Origin: Macrostomum hystrix
Lineage: Eukaryota; Animalia; Platyhelminthes
Length of the DNA: 64,000 nt
NCBI GenBank assembly: GCA_950097015.1
Contig: CATNEN010000002.1
Location: 6,758,001 to 6,822,000, forward strand
Direction of reading: 5' to 3'
Shown: piece by piece, positions 23,840-36,093 of the stretch
Layout of the letters: the number at the start of each line of letters is the position of its first letter
Numbering within the stretch: the first letter of the stretch is position 1
Notes under the pieces: model-generated
The model's input: only the letters and a program-made list of their open reading frames with translations
Told to the model about the DNA's origin: nothing
The model's database searches: none
Position numbers and translations under genes: made by a program

Positions 23840-25110
23840 AGCGGATGGAGGAGCGGATGGCGGAGCTGATGGTGTAGCAGATGGAGGAGTGGATGGAGGA
23901 GCGGATGGAGAAGCGAATGGAGGAGCGGATGGAGGAGCGGATGGAGGAGCGGATGGAGGAGCGGATGGTGTAGCAGATGGAGGAGTGGATGGAGGAGCGG
24001 ATGGAGGAGCGAATGGAGGAGCGGATGTAGGAGCGGATGGAGGAGTGGATGTAGGAGCGAATGGAGGAGCGGATGGAGGAGTGGATGTAGGAGCGAATGG
24101 AGGAGCGGATGGAGGAGTGGATGTAGGAGCGAATGGAGGAGCGGATGGAGTAGCGGATGGAGGAGTGGATGGAGGAGCGGATGGAGGAGCGAATGGAGGA
24201 GCGGATGTAGGAGCGGATGGAGGAGTGGATGTAGGAGCGAATGGAGGAGCGGATGGAGGAGTGGATGTAGGAGCGAATGGAGGAGCGGATGGAGGAGTGG
24301 ATGTAGGAGCGAATGGAGGAGCGGATGGAGTAGCGGATGGAGGAGTGGATGGAGGAGCGGATGGAGGAGCGGATGGAGGAGCGGATGGAGGAGTGGATGG
24401 TGTAGCGGATGGAGGAGTGGATGGAGGAGCGGATGGAGGAGCGGATGGAGGAGTGGATGGAGGAGCGGATGGCGGAGCTGATGGTGTAGCGGATGGTGTA
24501 GCGGATGGAGGAGCGGATGGAGGAGCGGATGGCGGAGCTGATGGTGTAGCGGATGGAGGAGTGGATGGAGGAGCGGATGGAGGAGCGTATGGAGGAGCGG
24601 ATGGAGGAGTGGATGGAGGAGCGGATGGAGGAGCGTATGGAGGAGCGGATGGAGGAGTGGATGGAGGAGCGGATGGAGTAGCGGATGGAGGAGTGGATGG
24701 AGGAGCGGATGGAGGAGCGGATGGAGGAGCGGATGGAGGAGTGGATGGTGTAGCGGATGGAGGAGTGGATGGAGGAGCGGATGGAGGAGCGGATGGAGGA
24801 GTGGATGGAGGAGCGGATGGCGGAGCTGATGGTGTAGCGGATGGTGTAGCGGATGGAGGAGCGGATGGAGGAGCGGATGGCGGAGCTGATGGTGTAGCGG
24901 ATGGAGGAGTGGATGGAGGAGCGGATGGAGGAGCGTATGGAGGAGCGGATGGAGGAGTGGATGGAGGAGCGGATGGAGGAGCGTATGGAGGAGCGGATGG
25001 AGGAGCGGATGGAGGAGCGGATGGAGGAGCGTATGGAGGAGCGGATGGAGGAGTGGATGGAGGAGCGTATGGAGGAGCGGATGGAGGAGTGGATGTAGGA
25101 GCGGATGGAG
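23840..25110. repeat. 12-bp minisatellite (GGAGGAGCGGAT)n, about 105 copies, intronic
   Basis: Direct reading; source of the HPLL/PPSA/GGAD repeat ORFs. Confidence 0.97.
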
Positions 25111-25639
25111 GATAAAAAGTCGAACAATGTCTGTATTCTCGTAGATTGAGAAAAACTTCTTGAGTGACAACGGGGACGGACAAAAGAGGCAGACTGATGA
25201 AACAGAGCAGTCCCATACTTGTACTACAGAACGATTTGACAAGTTTGTGAGCATTGTAAAATGTCGCTTTTGAGAAGTCTTTGCAATTGAACAGGTGGCA
25301 GCCGGGTCAACAAGTTTCCGAGGATGAACAGGAAGACTGGAAGAAGGTAAGGAAAGACAAACAATTCCCGAGAATAAATTCTAATCACATATTGTTCTGT
25401 GCAAGTGCAAAGTCTGGATGAGGCAATTGGGGGGAGGCGCCGATGCACAGGTAAAGCGAGCAAAACGCACTGGCGTCGGTGAGGGGGAGCTGCAGACAGA
25501 GACAAAAAGTACTCACAAAGAACGAGTTGCCTGTTGACTGTTCCAGTTTGGGAAAATTCAGAAGCATTTTATTTACAGTGTTTTCCAGGTATTACCAACA
25601 GTAGCTAGATAAGAATTTATCAAGAAAAGTTGATATTAT

Positions 25640-26150
25640 TAGATAATGGGATCATTGGTTCAGATGATGGGATCATTGCTTCAGATGATGGGATCATTGC
25701 TTCAGATGATGGGATCATTGCTTCAGATGATGGGATAATAGATGATGGGATAATAGATGATGGGATAATAGATGATGGGATAATAGATGATGGGATAATA
25801 GATGATGGGATAATAGATGATGGGATAATAGATGATGGGATAATAGATGATGGGATAATAGATGATGGGATAATAGATGATGGGATAATAGATGATGGGA
25901 TAATAGATGATGGGATAATAGATGATGGGATAATAGATGATGGGATAATAGATGATGGGATAATAGATGATGGGATAATAGATGATGGGATAATTATTGA
26001 TGGGATAATTCATTCAGATGATGGGATCATTGCTTCAGACGATGAGATCATTGCTTCAATGATGGGATAATTCATTCAGATGATGGGATCATTGCTTCAG
26101 ACGATGAGATCATTGCTTCAATGATGGGATAATTCATTCAGATGATGGGA
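25640..26150. repeat. 15-bp (GATGATGGGATAATA)n core flanked by 21-bp (TCAGATGATGGGATCATTGCT)n units
   Basis: Direct reading. Confidence 0.95.
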
Positions 26151-26172
26151 TCACCATACCAAAGCCGCTCAC

Positions 26173-26460
26173 CAGCCGCTTGCAGCTCTCCACAATGCGC
26201 AGCTTCTGCTGCGGGCTAATCCTCGCAAAGACCAACTGCTGCCCGGTGCTGAGGACATTGTCCAGCTCTTCAGCGGACAGAACCGCCAGTTGATCCCCGG
26301 TGACAACTCGAGCATCCGCATCCAGCGGGTTGATCCGGTCGAGTGGAACTCCGCGCTCCGCTGCCAGATCTTCCGGGGTCTTGCTGCGGCTGCCGATGAT
26401 GCCAGAGTACCGGGCCACCGCGCGAGCAGTGGCTGGATGGTCGCCTGTCAGCATCAGCAC
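26173..26460 (-). CDS. ATP1A-like: Na+/K+-ATPase alpha-like gene, exon 6 (P domain)
   Basis: cag|VLMLTGDHPATARAVA...VFARISPQQKLRIVESCKRL|gtgagc; 288 nt. Confidence 0.93.
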
Positions 26461-26484
26461 CTGTGGGAGCCGAGGAGAAATGAG

Positions 26485-26697
26485 GATCACCTGAGGTTCA
26501 CGGGAGTCACTTGGCGTTCATGGGAGTCACCTGAGGCTCATGGGAGTCACCTGAGGCTGTGGGGAGTCACCTGAGGCTCATGGGAGTCACCTGAGGCTTT
26601 GGTGAGTCACCTGAGGCTGTGGGGAGTCACCTGAGGCTCATGGGAGTCACCTGAGGCTTTAGTGAGTCACCTGAGGCTGTGGGCAGTCACCTGAGGC
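26485..26697. repeat. 20-bp minisatellite (TGGGAGTCACCTGAGGCTCA)n, intronic
   Basis: Direct reading, period 20. Confidence 0.92.
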
Positions 26698-26712
26698 GCA
26701 AAATCTACCCAC

Positions 26713-27072
26713 CTTGATACCCAGACGTCGGCACCAGGTCACCGCATCCAGCACCTCCGGTCTCAGTGGGTCAGTCAAGGAGACGAGGCCGAGGAGCCGC
26801 AGGCCGCATTCCAGTGGAAAGTTCACTTGGTCGGCATCGAACTCATATCCGGGCGGGAACTCCTGCTGGCTGAGGCGCAGGTCGCAGAAGGCCAGGACTC
26901 GCTCGCCTGTGGAGCCCAGCTCAGCGCATGCATCGGCAACCGCTGCCCGCCAATGTTCGTTGATTGGGAGGCTGCGGCCGCCGCACAAGACGGTGGAGCA
27001 GCGGCGAATGACGGCTTCGGGTGCGCCCTTCAGCACCAGCAGGTGGCCGGAGCCGTCAGCGTGAACCGACGC
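26713..27072 (-). CDS. ATP1A-like: Na+/K+-ATPase alpha-like gene, exon 5 (N domain)
   Basis: cgcag|ASVHADGSGHLLVLKGAPEAVIRRCS...GERVLAFC...TDPLRPEVLDAVTWCRRLGIK|gtgggt; 360 nt. Confidence 0.93.
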
Positions 27073-27276
27073 CTGCGATTCGTGTGTGTTGGAGTCTGGT
27101 GTGCAGAGTGAGTGTAACTAGAGGAGACAGCGGGAGAGGAGACAAGGGGAGAGGAGACAGGGGAGAGGAGATAGGGGGAGAGGAGACAGGGGAGAGGAGA
27201 TTATAAAAAATCGAAGCGGATTATAAGAGAAATCTCATCGCCTTCTTGTCGCAGGTCAGACCCAGCCGGTCCTCAC

Positions 27277-27680
27277 CTGGAAGCGGGTCTCGCAGCTGAA
27301 CGGCAGCTCGCAGAGTTTCGGGTGCCGCCTTCGAAGGGCTTCAAGCTCGGCCGCGCCGCCCGGAGCCGTCCACTGGGCAAACTGCAGCAGCGCCAGCTCG
27401 GTGGAGTCGCCGACGACGCCGACGTTGGCATTATTCGAACTCAATGACGGATCTGCCAGTGGCTCCTTGGAGCTGTCATCGACGTCAATCCTGCTGTTGA
27501 AGCCGACCTCCGCCCGGCTGCACAGCGCGATGCAGCGAGCCAACCGGAGCCAATCAGGCCCGGACAGCAGCGAGCTGCGCGCATCCGGAAGCGCCGCCGA
27601 CCAATCGGACGCGCCGGTGTCCCAGAGCCGGCCAGAGTGCCAGGTGTGCGACACCGACATGCGGCCCGTGGTGAGCACCC
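27277..27680 (-). CDS. ATP1A-like: Na+/K+-ATPase alpha-like gene, exon 4 (N domain)
   Basis: ggcag|(G)VLTTGRMSVSH...GDSTELALLQF...ELPFSCETRFQ|gtgagg; 404 nt, phase 1/0. Confidence 0.9.
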
Positions 27681-27707
27681 CTGCCATGGGAGAGCGTGGG
27701 GGTTGTG

Positions 27708-27800
27708 CATTGGAGGTTGGCCCTCAAGCCCCAAATGAATGTAGCCTCGCCGCGCGGAATCGAGCTCTAGGACCTTGGTTCGAGAGGCTAACGCGTTAGA
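27708..27800 (-). mobile_element. Internally deleted copy of the SINE at 15708-15999
   Basis: Shares ggaggttggccctcaag and ccccaaat.aatgt.gcctcgccgcg..gaatcgagctc with the 15.9-kb copy; the body between these blocks is missing. Confidence 0.6.
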
Positions 27801-27991
27801 CGTAATACCGCTTTACTGAGTATATACTATACTGCGACTCACCCCCCAAAACGCTCGTAATCGTACATTGGTGCTGATTTTTGACTCTGGGAGCCAATCG
27901 GAGAGGGCGTCAAAAAACAGCATGGTCACGTGATTCTGCCCCGCCTACCGGATGATGATTGGCAGGCCATGGAGTGGGGTGGGTGTTCCGC

Positions 27992-28017
27992 AGGGTTAGG
28001 GTTAGGGTTTGGGTTAG
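27992..28017 (+). repeat. Short interstitial telomere-type repeat (TTAGGG-like x about 4)
   Basis: AGGGTTAGGGTTAGGGTTTGGGTTAG. Confidence 0.6.
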
Positions 28018-28038
28018 AGCACTCCCAGGCCCTCTCAC

Positions 28039-28437
28039 CAGTCTTGCCGGTACAGACGACGCTGCACCGCCCAAGAGCTTCCACAGCGGCCAGGCTGCGC
28101 ACATGGCAGTGCCTTCTGGACAGTCGCCGAGCTGACAGCGCCAGGCAGGCAGCGGCTGTCACGGTCAGGCCCTCCGGCAGGAAGGCCAGCGCAGAGCCCA
28201 GCATGAGAACCAGAGCCTCCAGCCAGTTGTACTGCGTCGCGAATGCAACGATGAAGAAGGCAAGGCCGACTGCTCCAGCTAGGAAGCTGCTGAGCTGGAC
28301 GAAATGACCGACTTCGCGAATTATCGGCGTCAGCTCGAAGGACGCGTTGCCGGGGTCGCCGTTGGCAGCTGCTAGGTTGGCCACTTGACCCATCAGGGTG
28401 AGACCGCCGGTGCGAATTACCAAGGCTGTACAGCTAC
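28039..28437 (-). CDS. ATP1A-like: Na+/K+-ATPase alpha-like gene, exon 3 (M3-M4, phosphorylation motif)
   Basis: cag|(G)SCTALVIRTGGLTLMGQVA...AFLPEGLTV...VRSLAAVEALGRCSVVCTGKT(G)|gtgaga; 399 nt, phase 1/1. Confidence 0.93.
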
Positions 28438-28465
28438 CTGTCACAGTGAGTGCATGTTGAAGCCT

Positions 28466-28620
28466 TCACAATGACCCCACTGCGTTCACAATGACCCCCA
28501 CTGCGTTCACAATGACCCCACTGCGTCCACAATGACCCCACTGCGTTCACTATGACCCCACTGCGTTCACAATGACTCCACTGTGTTCAAAATGATCCCA
28601 CAGCTGTCCTAATGACACAA
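28466..28620. repeat. 20-21-bp minisatellite (CACAATGACCCCACTGCGTT)n
   Basis: Direct reading. Confidence 0.85.
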
Positions 28621-28879
28621 TTGCTGATCCCACAACATTTGAATGACCCAACAGTCGTTACTATGCTCCCACTGCCGTTATGAACCAACAGTCTTCCTGC
28701 TGACGCAACTGCCTTGCCACTGAGTTTGTAATCACCCAACGCCCCTCTGATGACCTCACGGTCTTCTCAGGGATCCAACTACCATATCCTGATGATCTCA
28801 CTGCCAACCCACTGCCCTGCTAAATGACCAAAATGCCTTGGAAATGCCTCCACTATCGTATCGCACATCCCAGCCTCAC

Positions 28880-29147
28880 CTTCAACAGCGAATGTGGTAA
28901 AGAAGGCCAGGTTTTCCGTTTCCAGCGGGTTCTCGCTGGTGTACATCGGCGAACGCGGCGAAGGCTCCGATGGACCAGTCAGCACGGAATTGTCCACCCG
29001 GAATCGTTGAGCAGTCAATATTCGGACATCCGCTGGCACTTGGTCACCGCTGGAGATCTCAACTAGGTCTCCGTACACGAGCTCCTTGACTGGGATCCGA
29101 AGCCTTCGACCACCTCGTGTGACCAGCGCCGTCTGGGGCAGCGCCTC
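28880..29147 (-). CDS. ATP1A-like: Na+/K+-ATPase alpha-like gene, exon 2 (A domain)
   Basis: cgcag|EALPQTALVTRGG...GDLVEISSGDQVPADVRI...VDNSVLTGPSEP..RSP..TSENPLETENLAFFTTFAVE(G)|gtgagg; 268 nt. Confidence 0.93.
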
Positions 29148-29239
29148 CTGCGATGGTTGTGATATCCGACCAGTCACAATGTACTTTTAGAGTGGAAGTT
29201 GGTGTAGAGGTCACACCCACATCTACTCTGGCTGATTCT

Positions 29240-29388
29240 GGTCTCAAACTCACAGCTGGAAGCAAGCTGGAGGAAATTTTCTTGCCCAAGGGCAAAAATC
29301 GTTTTCCCTTAGGCTGAGATTCGAACTAGCGACCCCCCGGATCACTGTAATGCTCCACACGCTCCGTTGTAAACGGTTGAACTACCAA
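29240..29388 (-). mobile_element. tRNA-derived SINE with CORE-like central motif, intronic
   Basis: Minus strand: GGTAGTTCAACCG... B-box AGTTCGAATCTC, followed by GCCCTTGGGCAAG, resembling the CCTTGGGCAAG motif of CORE/V-type SINEs. Confidence 0.45.
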
Positions 29389-29985
29389 AGGGAGGACAAT
29401 TTTTGTGCTGCACCCGAACGGAGCAACGCAAGCACACGAAACTCAAGAACATGGGCCAACTTTTTGTTGCGCATCTTCTGAAACAAGAATCAAGTCGCCA
29501 GCTCTTCAGATCGTCGTGATATTCAATGGTTCTGGCCGAAGGTCTGACTTTTCCCATAAGGTTATTTGATATACCCCAATACACGAATTAGCACTGCGCC
29601 TCAGTGCGGCCTTGCCAGGCCTTCAAAATTTATCAGCATGTCACCCGAATGTGCCTGCATCATCTCCGTCTTCGGTGGTCACCTACCTTTATCTAGACGG
29701 ACTGCTGGACCTTCAAAGGCTACAACAGTTAGAAATAGGCCACTATGGACACCCTGACGCGAATTTCTCCTATTTCACTTATCAAGCCTAAATATTAGGC
29801 GCAGCTCAACCACAGGATACCATCGCCTAGTCTGTCAACCAATCAGTCACCACCCAACGCTGTTTGCATTCGGGCGCTGTCAAAATAATTTTCAGGGGAC
29901 GGGGATTTCGCCCCTTGGTGGCAAAATGGCTTGGTAGTCCTATATATGAATGCTCAATTAGTAAGATAAAAGCTCTGAAGCGCAC

Positions 29986-30435
29986 CTTGAACATGTCGGC
30001 CAGTTTGTCTGCTCGAATCTCCAAGTAGCACGACAAGCCGGCGTTTGCACCGACAACTACTAGCAGTAGAAGGCCCATGGCGAGGTTGTCCATCATCGGC
30101 TGCTCGTCGGCTGCCACCGATTCGGCGCGCACAGCGTAGGCGACGAGGCTGAGCAGGCCCGCTGCCAGCAGCAGCAGGGAGACACCGCTGAGAGCCGAGC
30201 GGGCCAGACGGACCCAGACGGGCACGGCTAGTGGCGGCTGCAGCTGGTTCGGATCGTCGGCCAGCAGCCGCTCGGCTGCCTGGTCATCCGTGAGGCCGTC
30301 GGTGAGGCTGGTGTCCAGGTGCTGCGCCAGCAGGCGAGGATCGATTCGGTGTTCTACGATGGCAAACTCCTGACGAAGTCGATGCTCGACTCCTGACGAG
30401 GTCGGCTGGTGGTTCGCGGCCGCCGCGTGGCCATC
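29986..30435 (-). CDS. ATP1A-like: Na+/K+-ATPase alpha-like gene, first visible exon (N-terminus, M1-M2); 5' boundary uncertain
   Basis: LRQEFAIVEHRI...GLTDDQAAERLLADDPNQLQPP...WVRLARSALSG..LLLLAAGLLS..AY...DNLAMG...ADKLADMFK|gtgcgc. No in-frame ATG; 30435 follows a candidate acceptor ccctccag. Confidence 0.85.
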
Positions 30436-32367
30436 CTGGAGGGCCGCTCGGAAACTGCCTTGTCTATGGCTCTGAGGGATTTTTGAGTCTCTTTGATTTT
30501 GGATTTTAACAAAACACACAAACTCTTTTACTAAAATTTGTGTGATTTTCTGCTCTTTTCTAACTTATATCGAGGCTGGGGCTTCCGAATTATCTAGGTC
30601 CATGGAGACAAATAAAGAAAATAACTAGGATTTAATTATATTTTAAATAATATCAGTATATTAAATGTTTTATTAAATAGCAGTATTTGTTGCTAGCATT
30701 GTAAAATTGTTTAAGCTGAAAAGGTACTTCAAAATTATTTTTAAAAAGCTCAATTTTTTTTCGATTTTTTGAAGTCTAAGTTAACTACTACTACTGATAT
30801 TGTGAAAACTGCTCCAACTAATCAAATAAGCGGAAAGGATACTACAAGAACAATCTTGCATGCTGTTCAATAGTTTCATTATTTCATTATTTCATGTATA
30901 TAGCTAATACAATCCATTTTTTAAATAATTCAGAAAAAAATCTCGAGAAAAAATGTTATATATATATATATATATTATTTTACTTTTGATCAGCTCTAAC
31001 CCTTGTGGCACTTAGACAGTGCTTAGCTAAGTCTAGGTCATTGACTGAACAGCTCTTGACAAGTGCACCCTGGTATCGAGCTACAACCTTCTTAAGCTTT
31101 TTTAATCAAGTCAGTATATTTAAACTGTTGTCTACTAAAATAAACTTATTTTGTGTCCATTGACTTTTAAACTTAATTGCTTCTATACATAAAAAGAAAT
31201 AAAATAATTTAGCTATTTATCTTTGCACAACTATGTAATGTAGCTATACCAAAAAGTCCATCTTTACATATAAACATGGTACTTTTAAGGCACATTGCAT
31301 AGTTATGTGAAAAAGTAATGTGAGAAAATGTGTAAAAGTGAGCTAATTCCATAAGAAAAGTTTACTTCTATTAGTTCTACATATATATTTATTTACTAAA
31401 AACTTTTCGTATCACTTGAATACGAATACGAATCACTTGATCTTAGTTTTGATACTTTTTTAATTACAACTGTGTACTTCGTTTACTGTGTGAGCATAAT
31501 TGCAATAAATTACTAGGTCGATTATTTTTTGCTTTCTGCTGTACAAAATCCAGAGGCGATTTCTTTAAAAATGATTCGTACTTATCGAACTTAAATATTG
31601 AAGCAACGCGGTAAGCCGTTTAAAACAAATGAAAGTAATATTCTTCTAATGTATTTTAATAATTATTAAATTATTTTTAACAATAATAATTGTTACAGTC
31701 ATAAAGTATTTTACACAGAACTGAAAAGCTTATTGTTCGCTTTGTTGTATCATTGTTCTATTTATCAGCAATGCGTTATAATGTTTACCCATACTGAACC
31801 AATAACTTTTGTTAAACATTAGTGCTCTGTTTTTAAATTATATAGCTGCTCCGGTTCAAACTAAAAACCTATTAAATATTTATGTGTACAGAATCGCACT
31901 GCGTATGCTTGTATATACTGATAGAAAAATCAAGCTGGGAAATGCAAACACACTCTATAGAGAAGGCTGTCAAGTTTTGAGCAGTGGAAAACTGAGCAAC
32001 AGCTTATTGAGGCTGGAGCGTGCCTGAGCAAACTATAATTTATTTCCTCTCTCACTATTATGCCTACCTGCCGGAAATGAATTACTATCGATCGACAGCG
32101 CGACACGACAATATCTCGCTCTGCACTGTGGTAGATTCTGTGTACTGTGATTCTGTTTGCTAAAGATTGTGTTTTCATTCGAACCTTCAGTTAGAATTAT
32201 TAGTAAGACACGATTCAGAGTCACTACGCATCGACTACGAGCGATATAATAAAAGCAACAGAAAGACAGCGTGCAAATTACAGCTGTGATAGCACTCATG
32301 CAAGATGATTGACCTCAGTGCGAGGCACGCCAGATCTTTGATCAATTCGCGAGGTAGCGTAAAAATT

Positions 32368-33424
32368 CATGGAAACCCTGCTAACAATGCGTCAAACCAT
32401 GGGCCCTGAAATGCATGGAAACCCTGCTAACACTGCGTCAAACCATGGGCCCTGAAATGCATGGAGACCCTGCTAACACTGCGTCAAACCATGGGCCCTG
32501 AAATGCATGGAGACCCTGCTAACACTGCGTCAAACCATGGGCCCTGAAATGCATGGAGACCCTGCTAACACTGCGTCTAACCATGGGCCCTGAAATGCAT
32601 GGAGACCCTGCTAACACTGCGTCAAACCATGGGCCCTGAAATGCATGGAAACCCTGCTAACACTGCGTCAAACCATGAGGCCCTGAACTTCATGGAGACC
32701 CTGCTAACACTGCGTCAAACCATGGGCCCTGAAATGCATGGAGACCCTGCTAACACTGCGTCAAACCATGGGCCCTGAAATGAATGGAAACCCTGCTAAC
32801 ACTGCGTCAAACCATGGGCCCTGAAATGAATGGAAACCCTGCTAACACTGCGTCAAACCATGAGGCCCTGAACTTCATGGAGACCCTGCTAACACTGCGT
32901 CAAACCATGGGCCCTGAAATGCATGGAAACCCTGCTAACACTGCGTCAAACCATGGGCCCTGAAATGCATGGAAACCCTGCTAACACTGCGTCAAACCAT
33001 GAGGCCCTGAACTTCATGGAGACCCTGCTAACACTGCGTCAAACCATGGGCCCTGAAATGCATGGAAACCCTGCTAACACTGCGTCAAACCATGGGCACT
33101 GAAATGCATGGAAACCCTGCTAACACTGCGTCAAACCATGGGCCCTGAAATGCATGGAAACCCTGCTAACACTGCGTCAAACCATGAGGCCCTGAACTTC
33201 ATGGAAACCCTGCTAACACTGCGTCTAACCATGAGGCCCTGAATTGCATGGAGACCCTGCTAACACTGCGTCAAACCATGAGGCCCTGAAATCCATGGAA
33301 ACCCTGCTAACACTGCATCAAACCATGAGGCCCTGAAATGCATGGAGACCCTGCTAACACTGCATCAAACCATGAGGCCCTGAAATCCATGGAAACCCTG
33401 CTAACACTGCATCAAACCATGAGG
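32368..33424. repeat. 46/47-bp minisatellite (CATGGAAACCCTGCTAACACTGCGTCAAACCATGGGCCCTGAAATG)n, about 23 copies
   Basis: Head-to-tail units with no spacers. Confidence 0.95.
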
Positions 33425-35164
33425 TCGCTTAAGATTTCAATGAAAGTTCAGCAAATTATTTTCTCCTGATCGTTAAGGACTTCTAGGGCACGTGGGACTT
33501 TCTCGCTGCTGTCTAGTGCTTGACTGAGAATACAGGAACTGCAGGCACTTTCCTGCAATATCTGAGACGGGCTATCTTTTAGCTTTGAATTCCAGAAAGA
33601 TTTTCTCGTTAGATCATGATTTACTAGTTTATCACGACTTGATTAACATGGCTTTCAAAAACTTCAACAAATCCATTTCTTGTAGTTTTAAATTCTCCAA
33701 ACAAAGGTGAGGAATTAGTTTTCAGTGAATTTTTTGCTGAATTTTCTGAAAAAATGTCTTTAAACTTCTGATTCTTGGAAAAAATGCGCAAATTCAATTT
33801 TTTGTGAGTTTTCCAGTTGTCCAAGTTGGTATGAAAAGCACTATTCGAAATTTTCAACCAGACGAGTGAGTTCGCGTGAGCAGACTCAGAGCAGCGGGGC
33901 ACGCCAAAGCTGGTCTGTCTGCTCAAATTGTTCAAGAACGGCAGTCTAAACTGGCTGTCAGAGCAGTACAGATCGCAGGTGTTCGAGCCGGTACTCGGGC
34001 GGGCCGAGTGAGGGCGGGGCTGACGCCCGGGACAGCCAGCTGCGGTCAGCTCCGATGAAGATTCAGAGCTGAATTCAGAGGTAGAGGTAGACGCACAAGC
34101 TTCAGCGAAAATTTAAAGAATTTATTCAGCTTTTTAATGAAACAAACATTTTGAAAATCTGTTGCACGATAAGGAAGTAATCAGTGTTTTTCTCCGAGTA
34201 GTGCATCAGAATTCAGTTTCTAGATTCAGTGCTCAATGGCTGAGCTCAAGCCTATGGGAGCTAGCTCAGTCTCGAGTTCGGAGATGCGACCTGAGAGAAA
34301 GTTGGAGAGAAGTTGAGGAGTAGGGAAGGAAAGTTGGTTGGGACACCCACAGCCTTGCACACACATGTAGTGAGCAGGTGCTAGAGATCCCAAGCACCTG
34401 GGGATTTCGCGCATTTCGCTTCCCCCGTCCCCTCTGCCCCAGCTCCCCAACACGCGGCTGTTTAGACTGTTCAACCCTATAGCTGCACTCGAAGTTTGGG
34501 AGAATTATCCCCTCCCACCCGTCAAGATCCTGCCATTCCACCCCAGTAGGTGGGGTAAACTGATCCCCGCGTGTCGTTTGCGTCGCCCGCCTCAAAGTCC
34601 TCCGCCCCGCCCCTCAACTGCCGGGCGGACATGCCCGGCCTCAGATTTGATTGAATCGGCTGCGTTTTTTCTCTTTTCTTTTGACTCGGCCAGCCCGATG
34701 CGAGAAGTAGAAAATCTTGCTGGGACTGACTTCGACTGTCAATTTCGTCTTCCCAACCTCCCGCCCGCTCTTCCCCGCTCTAAAGCCAAAATCCCGTCGT
34801 TAATGTTTCTCCCGAATCCTGCTGACCCCCACCCCAGATCCACCTGGCCTGTCCCGTGGCAGGCCTCTTCATAATGGATTCAAAATGGCTCAATTAATTT
34901 CCCGGCTTATTCACAATGCATTGGGGAGAACTTCTTGGCTTTCAGATGGGGAGCAGAAGACCTGATTGCCGGCGCAGATGAGGATAAACAGAAGGCCCGG
35001 ATTGATAAAGATAAGGGAGATGAACTTGAAGATTGGTTTGCGGATTTTCGGAAATATTAACGACACTGAATCATTGGGCCCATGTCCGAATGCCAGACAG
35101 GAATAAAGTTGGAAAGAAAATAATTAAGTGAAATTCTATGCTATACAATGTTATTATGTCCCTT

Positions 35165-35470
35165 CTTTCCCTTCCTGCCGCCTTCTCACCCTTCCTGCCG
35201 CCTTCTCACCCTTCCTGCCGCCTTTTCACCCTTCCTACAGCCTTCTCACCCTTCCTACAGCCTTCTCACCCTTCCTACAGCCTTCTCACCCTTCCTACAG
35301 CCTTCTCACCCTTCCTACAGCCTTCTCACCCTCCCTACAGCCTTCTCACCCTTCCTATAGACTGCCTTCTCCCCCTTTCTATAGACTGCCTTCTCACCCT
35401 TCCTTACACAGCATTCTCGTTCTCACCCTCTCCCTTCCCACCATGGCTCTTCTCACCTTCTCCCTTCTCA
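35165..35470. repeat. 20-bp minisatellite (CCTTCTCACCCTTCCTACAG)n
   Basis: Direct reading. Confidence 0.9.
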
Positions 35471-36093
35471 ACCATTCTGAGAACTATCGTGATACTCCTA
35501 ATTCCTAAGTATGCAATCTACACACCCCTCCACCATATGCAGGCACATATGCAGGCACATATGCAGGCACATATGCAGGCACACGAGCGTCCACCGCCTC
35601 CTGCACAGCAGAATTAACACGGCCTGTGATTGAAGTTAATTACAGTTCCCGGCGAATATACAGGACCGAAGCGACACTGATAATTAACTATTATTTCTTA
35701 TTTATCGGCCACAACATAGTTGTATCTCCTGTGGCAGTGACCATCGACTCAGGGATTGGACTGATGGGCAACTGCTGATGAAGCTTCCCCATTGGTGGAT
35801 AAGATTAGAGTGACTCCGGCTAAGGCAATGGATGACGTGACTGATTTACAAAAGAAAGCAGACAACGAGAAGCTGGGCCCTGTCACCTGATCCCTGAGTT
35901 GAGGATAATTTCAGCGCCAATCAATAATCCCCCCGAGTTGTCGCGTCAGAGGTGAGTTAAGGGCAAAATAAGTACCTTTGGTGTGAATTCGAACTGTTTT
36001 GCAATTTAAGAATAAAACAAGTTAAGTCGACGGATAAAGTGGATTACTGTTCTAATCAACCTTAATAGAACTTTTGATAAAAGAAGTAAGATA

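Noticed and set aside
23164-25254. 696-aa ORF and overlapping 400-520-aa His/Pro/Ser/Gly-rich ORFs
   Set aside because: A 12-bp intronic minisatellite that is open in several frames; only 23221-23832 is coding, bounded by a clear acceptor.
32368-33424. CRISPR-like regularity of the 46-bp array
   Set aside because: Units are head-to-tail with no unique spacers, there are no cas genes, and the context is eukaryotic.
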